The position numbers were made by a program, and so were the translations under genes. A model generated the notes under the pieces. The model was not told the DNA's origin, made no database searches, and saw only the letters and a list, made by a program, of their open reading frames with translations. From assembly GCA_964016885.1 (NCBI GenBank), contig OZ024740.1, positions 432,078,001 to 432,142,000 on the forward strand: a DNA stretch of 64,000 bases, given 5' to 3'. Shown one piece after another: positions 1-10,963 of this stretch. This DNA is from Eledone cirrhosa. Lineage: Eukaryota. How positions within the stretch are numbered: the first letter of the stretch is position 1; each line of letters opens with the position of its first letter.

Positions 1-2686
1 CAGACATTATCTGGCTACAGCTGCCATATTTTATAGTTTCTACAACAGACCACAACAGTCACCTAGTGGGGAAGACAGACATTATCAGGCTACAGCTGCA
101 ATATTATATAGTTTCTACAACAGACCACAACAGTCACCTAGTGGGGAAGACAGACATTATCTGGCTACAGCTGCCATATTATATAGTTTCTACAACAGAG
201 CACAACAGTCACCTAGTGGGGAAGACAGACATTATCAGGCTACAGCTGCCATATTATATAGTTTCTACAACAGAACACAACAGTCACCTAGTGGGGAAGA
301 TAGACATTATCAGGCTACAGCTGTCATATTACATAGTTTCTACAACAGAACACAACAGTCACCTAATGGGGAAGACAGACATTATCAGGCTACAGCTGCC
401 ATATTATATAGTTTCTACAACAGACCACAACAGTCACCTAGTGGGGAAGACAGACATTATCAGGCTACAGCTGTCATATTACATAGTTTCTACAACAGAC
501 CACAACAGTCACCTAGTGGGGAAGACAGACATTATCAGGCTACAGCTGTCATATTACATAGTTTCTACAACAGACCACAACAGTCACATAGTGGGGAAGA
601 CGGACATTATCAGGCTACAGCTGTCATATTACATAGTTTCTACAACAGACCACAACAGTCACATAGTGGGGAAGATAGACATTATCAGGCTACAGCTGTC
701 ATATTATATAGTTTCTACAACAGACCACAACAGTCACATAGTGGGGAAGACAGACATTATCAGGCTACAGCTGTCATATTACATAGTTTCTACAACAGAA
801 CACAACAGTCACCAAATGGGGAAGACAGACATTATCAGGCTACAGCTGCTATATTATATAGTTTCTACAACAGACCACAACAGTCACCAAATGGGGAAGA
901 CAGACATTATCAGGCTACAGCTGCGATATTATATAGTTTCTACAACAGACCACAACAGTCACCAAATGGGCAAGATAGACATTATCAGGCTACAGCTGTC
1001 ATATTATATAGTTTCTACAACAGACCACAACAGTCACCTAGTGGGGAAGACAGACATTATCAGGCTACAGCTGCCATATTATATAGTTTCTACAACAGAC
1101 CACAACAGTCACCTAGTGGGGAAGACAGGCATTATCAGGCTACAGCTGTCATATTACATAGTATCTACAACAGACCACAACAGTCACCTAGTGGGGAAGA
1201 CAGACATTATCAGGCTACAGCTGCCATATTATATAGTTTCTACAACAGACCACAACAGTCACCTAGTGGGGAAGAAAGACATTATCAGGCTACAGCTGCC
1301 ATATTATATAGTTTCTACAACAGAACACAACAGTCACCTAGTGGGGAAGACAGACATTATCAGGCTACAGCTGTCATATTACATAGTTTCTACAACAGAA
1401 CACAACAGTCACTAAATGGGGAAGACAGACATTATCAGGCTACAGCTGTCATATTATATAGTTTTTACAACAGACCACAACAGTCACCTAGTGGGGAAGA
1501 CAGACATTATCAGGCTACAGCTGTCATATTATATAGTTTCTATAACAGACCACAACAGTCACCTAGTGGGGAAGACAGACATTATCAGGCTACAGCTGTC
1601 ATATTACATAGTTTCTACAACAGACCACAACAGTCACCTAGTGGGGAAGACAGACATTATCAGGCTACAGCTGTCATATTACATGGTTTCTACAACAGAC
1701 CACAACAGTCACATAGTGGGGAAGACAGACATTATCAGGCTACAGCTGTCATATTACATAGTTTCTACAACAGACCACAACAGTCACCTAGTGGGGAAGA
1801 CAGACATTATCAGGCTACAGCTGTCATATTACATAGTTTCTACAACAGACCACAACAGTCACCTAGTGGGGAAGACAGACATTATCAGGCTACAGCTGTC
1901 ATGTTATATAGTTTCTACAACAGACCACAACAGTCACCAAATGGGGAAGACAGACATTATAAGGCTACAGCTGTCATATTATATAGTTTCTACAACAGAC
2001 CACAACAGTCACCAAATGGGCAAGATAGACATTATCAGGCTACAGCTGTCATATTATATAGTTTCTACAACAGACCACAACAGTCACCTAGTGGGGAAGA
2101 CAGACATTATCTGGCTACAGCTGCCATATTATATAGTTTCTACAACAGAACACAACAGTCACCTAGTGGGGAAGACAGACATTATCAGGCTACAGCTGTC
2201 ATATTACATAGTTTCTACAACAGAACACAACAGTCACCTAATGGGGAAGAGAGACATTATCAGGCTACAGCTGCCATATTATATAGTTTCTACAACAGAC
2301 CACAACAGTCACCTAGTGGGGAAGACAGACATTATCTGGCTACAGCTGCCATATTATATAGTTTCTACAACAGACCACAACAGTCACCTAGTGGGGAAGA
2401 CAGACATTATCAGGCTACAGCTGCCATATTATATAGTTTCTACAACAGAACACAACAGTCACCTAGTGAGGAAGATAGACATTATCAGGCTACAGCTGTC
2501 ATATTACATAGTTTCTACAACAGAACACAACAGTCACCTAATGGGGAAGACAGACATTATCAGGCTACAGCTGCAATATTATATAGTTTCTACAACAGAC
2601 CACAACAGTCACCTAGTGGGGAAGACAGACATTATCAGGCTACAGCTGTCATATTACATAGTTTCTACAACAGACCACAACAGTCA

Positions 2687-5600
2687 CCTAGTGGGGAAGA
2701 CAGACATTATCAGGCTACAGCTGCCATATTATATAGTTTCTACAACAGACCACAACAGTCACCAAATGGGCAAGATAGACATTATCAGGCTACAGCTGTG
2801 ATATTATATAGTTTCTACAACAGACCACAACAGTCACCTAGTGGGGAAGACAGACATTATCTGGCTACAGCTGCCATATTATATAGTTTCTACAACAGAA
2901 CACAACAGTCACCTAGTGGGGAAGACAGACATTATCAGGCTACAGCTGTCATATTACATAGTTTCTACAACAGAACACAACAGTCACCTAATGGGGAAGA
3001 CGGACATTGTCAGGCTACAGCTGCCATGTTATATAGTTTCTACAACAGACCACAACAGTCACCTAGTGGGTAAGACAGACATTATCTGGCTACAGCTGCC
3101 ATATTATATAGTTTCTACAACAGACCACAACAGTCACCTAGTGGGGAAGACAGACATTATCAGGCTACAGCTGCCATATTATATAGTTTCTACAACAGAC
3201 CACAACAGTCACCTAGTGGGGAAGACAGACATTATCTGGCTACAGCTGCCATATTTTATAGTTTCTACAACAGACCACAACAGTCACCTAGTGGGGAAGA
3301 CAGACATTATCAAGCTACAGCTGCAATATTATATAGTTTCTACAACAGACCACAACAGTCACCTAGTGGGGAAGAGAGACATTATCTGGCTACAGCTGCC
3401 ATATTATATAGTTTCTACAACAGACCACAACAGTCACCTAGTGGGGAAGACAGACATTATCAGGCTACAGCTGCCATATTATATAGTTTCTACAACAGAA
3501 CACAACAGTCACCTAGTGGGGAAGATAGACATTATCAGGCTGCAGCTGTCATATTACATAGTTTCTACAACAGAACACAACAGTCACCTAATGGGGAAGA
3601 CAGACATTATCAGGCTACAGCTGCCATATTATATAGTTTCTACAACAGACCACAACAGTCACCTAGTGGGGAAGACAGACATTATCAGGCTACAGCTGTC
3701 ATATTACATAGTTTCTACAACAGACCACAACAGTCACCTAGTGGGGAAGACAGACATTATCAGGCTACAGCTGCCATATTATATAGTTTCTACAACAGAC
3801 CACAACAGTCACCAAATGGGCAAGATAGACATTATCAGGCTACAGCTGTCATATTATATAGTTTCTACAACAGACCACAACAGTCACCTAGTGGGGAAGA
3901 CAGACATTATCTGGCTACAGCTGCCATATTATATAGTTTCTACAACAGAACACAACAGTCACCTAGTGGGGAAGACAGACATTATCAGGCTACAGCTGTC
4001 ATATTACATAGTTTCTACAACAGAACACAACAGTCACCTAATGGGGAAGACAGACATTGTCAGGCTACAGCTGCTATGTTATATAGTTTCTACAACAGAC
4101 CACAACAGTCACCTAGTGGGGAAGACAGACATTATCTGGCTACAGCTGCCATATTATATAGTTTCTACAACAGACCACAACAGTCACCTAGTGGGGAAGA
4201 CAGACATTATCAGGCTACAGCTGCCATATTATATAGTTTCTACAACAGACCACAACAGTCACCTAGTGGGGAAGACAGACATTATCAGGCTACAGCTGTC
4301 ATGTTATATAGTTTCTACAACAGACCACAACAGTCACCAAATGGGGAAGACAGACATTATAAGGCTACAGCTGTCATATTATATAGTTTCTACAACAGAC
4401 CACAACAGTCACCTAGTGGGGAAGACAGACATTATCAGGCTACAGCTGTCATATTACATAGTTTCTACAACAAACCACAACAGTCACCTAGTGGGGAAGA
4501 CAGACATTATCAGGCTACAGCTGCCATATTATATAGTTTCTACAACAGACCACAACAGTCACCAAATGGGCAAGATAGACATTATCAGGCTACAGCTGTC
4601 ATATTATATAGTTTCTACAACAGACCACAACAGTCACCTAGTGGGGAAGACAGACATTATCTGCCTACAGCTGCCATATTATATAGTTTCTACAACAGAA
4701 CACAACAGTCACCTAGTGGGGAAGACAGACATTATCAGGCTACAGCTGTCATATTACATAGTTTCTACAACAGAACACAACAGTCACCTAATGGGGAAGA
4801 CAGACATTATCAGGCTACAGCTGCCATATTATATAGTTTCTACAACAGACCACAATAGTCACCTAGTGGGGAAGACAGACATTATCTGGCTACAGATGCC
4901 ATATTATATAGTTTCTACAACAGACCATAACAGTCACCTAGTGGGGAAGACAGACATTATCTGGCTACAGCTGCCATATTATATAGTTTCTACAACAGAA
5001 CACAACAGTCACCTAGTGGGGAAGACAGACATTATCTGGCTACAGCTGCCATATTATATAGTTTCTACAACAGAACACAACAGTCACCTAGTGGGGAAGA
5101 CAGACATTATCAAGCTACAGCTGTCATATTACATAGTTTCTACAACAGAACACAACAGTCACTAAATGGGGAAGACAGACATTATCAGGCTACAGCTGTC
5201 ATATTATATAGTTTCTACAACAGACCACAACAGTCACCTAGTGGGGAAGACAGACATTATCAGGCTACAGCTGTCATGTTATATAGTTTCTATAACAGAC
5301 CACAACAGTCACCTAGTGGGGAAGACAGACATTATCAGGCTACAGCTGTCATATTACATAGTTTCTACAACAGACCACAACAGTCACCTAGTGGGGAAGA
5401 CAGACATTATCAGGCTACAGCTGTCATATTACATAGTTTCTACAACAGACCACAACAGTCACCTAGTGGGGAAGACAGAAATTATCAGGCTACAGCTGTC
5501 ATATTACATAGTTTCTACAACAGACCACAACAGTCACCTAGTGGGGAACACAGACATTATCAGGCTACAGCTGCCATATTATATAGTTTCTACAACAGAC

Positions 5601-6852
5601 CACAACAGTCACATAGTGGGGAAGACAGACATTATCAGGCTACAGCTGTCATATTACATAGTTTCTACAACAGACCACAACAGTCCCCTAGTGGGGAAGA
5701 CAGACATTATCAGGCTACAGCTGCCATATTATATAGTTTCTACAACAGACCACAACAGTCACCAAATGGGCAAGATAGACATTATCAGGCTACAGCTGTG
5801 ATATTATATAGTTTCTACAACAGACCACAACAGTCACCTAGTGGGGAAGACAGACATTATCTGGCTACAGCTGCCATATTATATAGTTTCTACAACAGAA
5901 CACAACAGTCACCTAGTGGGGAAGACAGACATTATCAGGCTACAGCTGTCATATTACATAGTTTCTACAACAGAACACAACAGTCACCTAATGGGGAAGA
6001 CGGACATTGTCAGGCTACAGCTGCCATGTTATATAGTTTCTACAACAGACCACAACAGTCACCTAGTGGGTAAGACAGACATTATCTGGCTACAGCTGCC
6101 ATATTATATAGTTTCTACAACAGACCACAACAGTCACCTAGTGGGGAAGACAGACATTATCAGGCTACAGCTGCCATATTATATAGTTTCTACAACAGAC
6201 CACAACAGTCACCTAGTGGGGAAGACAGACATTATCTGGCTACAGCTGCCATATTTTATAGTTTCTACAACAGACCACAACAGTCACCTAGTGGGGAAGA
6301 CAGACATTATCAAGCTACAGCTGCAATATTATATAGTTTCTACAACAGACCACAACAGTCACCTAGTGGGGAAGAGAGACATTATCTGGCTACAGCTGCC
6401 ATATTATATAGTTTCTACAACAGACCACAACAGTCACCTAGTGGGGAAGACAGACATTATCAGGCTACAGCTGCCATATTATATAGTTTCTACAACAGAA
6501 CACAACAGTCACCTAGTGGGGAAGATAGACATTATCAGGCTGCAGCTGTCATATTACATAGTTTCTACAACAGAACACAACAGTCACCTAATGGGGAAGA
6601 CAGACATTATCAGGCTACAGCTGCCATATTATATAGTTTCTACAACAGACCACAACAGTCACCTAGTGGGGAAGACAGACATTATCAGGCTACAGCTGTC
6701 ATATTACATAGTTTCTACAACAGACCACAACAGTCACCTAGTGGGGAAGACAGACATTATCAGGCTACAGCTGCCATATTATATAGTTTCTACAACAGAC
6801 CACAACAGTCACCAAATGGGCAAGATAGACATTATCAGGCTACAGCTGTCAT
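2687..6852 (+). repeat. Block duplication, offset 3000 bp (40 monomers): about 2687-3852 matches about 5687-6852
   Basis: Shared markers: CTGTGATA (about 2800/5800), CGGACATTGT (3001/6001), GGGTAAGA (about 3071/6071) and TGCAGCTG (3541/6541). Confidence 0.9.
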
Positions 6853-7335
6853 GTTATATAGTTTCTATAACAGACCACAACAGTCACCTAGTGGGGAAGA
6901 CAGAAATTATCAGGCTACAGCTGTCATATTACATAGTTTCTACAACAGACCACAACAGTCACCTAGTGGGGAACACAGACATTATCAGGCTACAGCTGCC
7001 ATATTATATAGTTTCTACAACAGACCACAACAGTCACATAGTGGGGAAGACAGACATTATCAGGCTACAGCTGTCATATTACATAGTTTCTACAACAGAC
7101 CACAACAGTCACCTAGTGGGGAAGACAGACATTATCAGGCTACAGCTGCCATATTATATAGTTTCTACAACAGACCACAACAGTCACCAAATGGGCAAGA
7201 TAGACATTATCAGGCTACAGCTGTGATATTATATAGTTTCTACAACAGACCACAACAGTCACCTAGTGGGGAAGACAGACATTATCTGGCTACAGCTGCC
7301 ATATTATATAGTTTCTACAACAGAACACAACAGTC
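5461..7335 (+). repeat. Block duplication, offset 1425 bp (19 monomers): about 5461-5910 matches about 6886-7335
   Basis: Markers ACAGAAATT, GGAACACAG, CACATAG and CTGTGA recur in the same order. ORF ends 5801/7226 and starts 5841/7266 differ by 1425. Confidence 0.85.
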
Positions 7336-10300
7336 ACCTGGGGGGGAAGACAGACATTATCAGGCTACAGCTGTCATATTACATAGTTTCTACAACAGAA
7401 CACAACAGTCACCTAATGGGGAAGACAGACATTGTCAGGCTACAGCTGCCATGTTATATAGTTTCTACAACAGACCACAACAGTCACCTAGTGGGGAAGA
7501 CAGACATTATCTGGCTACAGCTGCCATATTATATAGTTTCTACAACAGACCACAACAGTCACCTAGTGGGGAAGACAGACATTATCAGGCTACAGCTGCC
7601 ATATTATATAGTTTCTACAACAGACCACAACAGTCACCTAGTGGGGAAGACAGACATTATCTGGCTACAGCTGCCATATTTTATAGTTTCTACAACAGAC
7701 CACAACAGTCACCTAGTGGGGAAGACAGACATTATCAGGCTACAGCTGCAATATTATATAGTTTCTACAACAGACCACAACAGTCACCTAGTGGGGAAGA
7801 CAGACATTATCTGGCTACAGCTGCCATATTATATAGTTTCTACAACAGAGCACAACAGTCACCTAGTGGGGAAGACAGACATTATCAGGCTACAGCTGCC
7901 ATATTATATAGTTTCTACAACAGAACACAACAGTCACCTAGTGGGGAAGATAGACATTATCAGGCTACAGCTGTCATATTACATAGTTTCTACAACAGAA
8001 CACAACAGTCACCTAATGGGGAAGACAGACATTATCAGGCTACAGCTGCCATATTATATAGTTTCTACAACAGACCACAACAGTCACCTAGTGGGGAAGA
8101 CAGACATTATCAGGCTACAGCTGTCATATTACATAGTTTCTACAACAGACCACAACAGTCACCTAGTGGGGAAGACAGACATTATCAGGCTACAGCTGTC
8201 ATATTACATAGTTTCTACAACAGACCACAACAGTCACATAGTGGGGAAGACGGACATTATCAGGCTACAGCTGTCATATTACATAGTTTCTACAACAGAC
8301 CACAACAGTCACATAGTGGGGAAGATAGACATTATCAGGCTACAGCTGTCATATTATATAGTTTCTACAACAGACCACAACAGTCACATAGTGGGGAAGA
8401 CAGACATTATCAGGCTACAGCTGTCATATTACATAGTTTCTACAACAGAACACAACAGTCACCAAATGGGGAAGACAGACATTATCAGGCTACAGCTGCT
8501 ATATTATATAGTTTCTACAACAGACCACAACAGTCACCAAATGGGGAAGACAGACATTATCAGGCTACAGCTGCGATATTATATAGTTTCTACAACAGAC
8601 CACAACAGTCACCAAATGGGCAAGATAGACATTATCAGGCTACAGCTGTCATATTATATAGTTTCTACAACAGACCACAACAGTCACCTAGTGGGGAAGA
8701 CAGACATTATCAGGCTACAGCTGCCATATTATATAGTTTCTACAACAGACCACAACAGTCACCTAGTGGGGAAGACAGGCATTATCAGGCTACAGCTGTC
8801 ATATTACATAGTATCTACAACAGACCACAACAGTCACCTAGTGGGGAAGACAGACATTATCAGGCTACAGCTGCCATATTATATAGTTTCTACAACAGAC
8901 CACAACAGTCACCTAGTGGGGAAGAAAGACATTATCAGGCTACAGCTGCCATATTATATAGTTTCTACAACAGAACACAACAGTCACCTAGTGGGGAAGA
9001 CAGACATTATCAGGCTACAGCTGTCATATTACATAGTTTCTACAACAGAACACAACAGTCACTAAATGGGGAAGACAGACATTATCAGGCTACAGCTGTC
9101 ATATTATATAGTTTTTACAACAGACCACAACAGTCACCTAGTGGGGAAGACAGACATTATCAGGCTACAGCTGTCATATTATATAGTTTCTATAACAGAC
9201 CACAACAGTCACCTAGTGGGGAAGACAGACATTATCAGGCTACAGCTGTCATATTACATAGTTTCTACAACAGACCACAACAGTCACCTAGTGGGGAAGA
9301 CAGACATTATCAGGCTACAGCTGTCATATTACATGGTTTCTACAACAGACCACAACAGTCACATAGTGGGGAAGACAGACATTATCAGGCTACAGCTGTC
9401 ATATTACATAGTTTCTACAACAGACCACAACAGTCACCTAGTGGGGAAGACAGACATTATCAGGCTACAGCTGTCATATTACATAGTTTCTACAACAGAC
9501 CACAACAGTCACCTAGTGGGGAAGACAGACATTATCAGGCTACAGCTGTCATGTTATATAGTTTCTACAACAGACCACAACAGTCACCAAATGGGGAAGA
9601 CAGACATTATAAGGCTACAGCTGTCATATTATATAGTTTCTACAACAGACCACAACAGTCACCAAATGGGCAAGATAGACATTATCAGGCTACAGCTGTC
9701 ATATTATATAGTTTCTACAACAGACCACAACAGTCACCTAGTGGGGAAGACAGACATTATCTGGCTACAGCTGCCATATTATATAGTTTCTACAACAGAA
9801 CACAACAGTCACCTAGTGGGGAAGACAGACATTATCAGGCTACAGCTGTCATATTACATAGTTTCTACAACAGAACACAACAGTCACCTAATGGGGAAGA
9901 GAGACATTATCAGGCTACAGCTGCCATATTATATAGTTTCTACAACAGACCACAACAGTCACCTAGTGGGGAAGACAGACATTATCTGGCTACAGCTGCC
10001 ATATTATATAGTTTCTACAACAGACCACAACAGTCACCTAGTGGGGAAGACAGACATTATCAGGCTACAGCTGCCATATTATATAGTTTCTACAACAGAA
10101 CACAACAGTCACCTAGTGAGGAAGATAGACATTATCAGGCTACAGCTGTCATATTACATAGTTTCTACAACAGAACACAACAGTCACCTAATGGGGAAGA
10201 CAGACATTATCAGGCTACAGCTGCAATATTATATAGTTTCTACAACAGACCACAACAGTCACCTAGTGGGGAAGACAGACATTATCAGGCTACAGCTGTC

Positions 10301-10963
10301 ATATTACATAGTTTCTACAACAGACCACAACAGTCACCTAGTGGGGAAGACAGACATTATCAGGCTACAGCTGCCATATTATATAGTTTCTACAACAGAC
10401 CACAACAGTCACCAAATGGGCAAGATAGACATTATCAGGCTACAGCTGTGATATTATATAGTTTCTACAACAGACCACAACAGTCACCTAGTGGGGAAGA
10501 CAGACATTATCTGGCTACAGCTGCCATATTATATAGTTTCTACAACAGAACACAACAGTCACCTAGTGGGGAAGACAGACATTATCAGGCTACAGCTGTC
10601 ATATTACATAGTTTCTACAACAGAACACAACAGTCACCTAATGGGGAAGACGGACATTGTCAGGCTACAGCTGCCATGTTATATAGTTTCTACAACAGAC
10701 CACAACAGTCACCTAGTGGGTAAGACAGACATTATCTGGCTACAGCTGCCATATTATATAGTTTCTACAACAGACCACAACAGTCACCTAGTGGGGAAGA
10801 CAGACATTATCAGGCTACAGCTGCCATATTATATAGTTTCTACAACAGACCACAACAGTCACCTAGTGGGGAAGACAGACATTATCTGGCTACAGCTGCC
10901 ATATTTTATAGTTTCTACAACAGACCACAACAGTCACCTAGTGGGGAAGACAGACATTATCAA

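Noticed and set aside
26-36. TATA box (ATATTATATAG)
   Set aside because: It is a short AT-rich patch broken by the common T32C allele, with no gene context.
66-72. G-quadruplex or telomeric repeat
   Set aside because: There is only one G-run per 75 bp, too widely spaced for a canonical G4, and no telomere motif.
1-75. Tandem tRNA genes or tRNA-derived SINE, suggested by the 75-nt length
   Set aside because: I found no GTTCRA T-loop or B box and no acceptor stem or cloverleaf on either strand.
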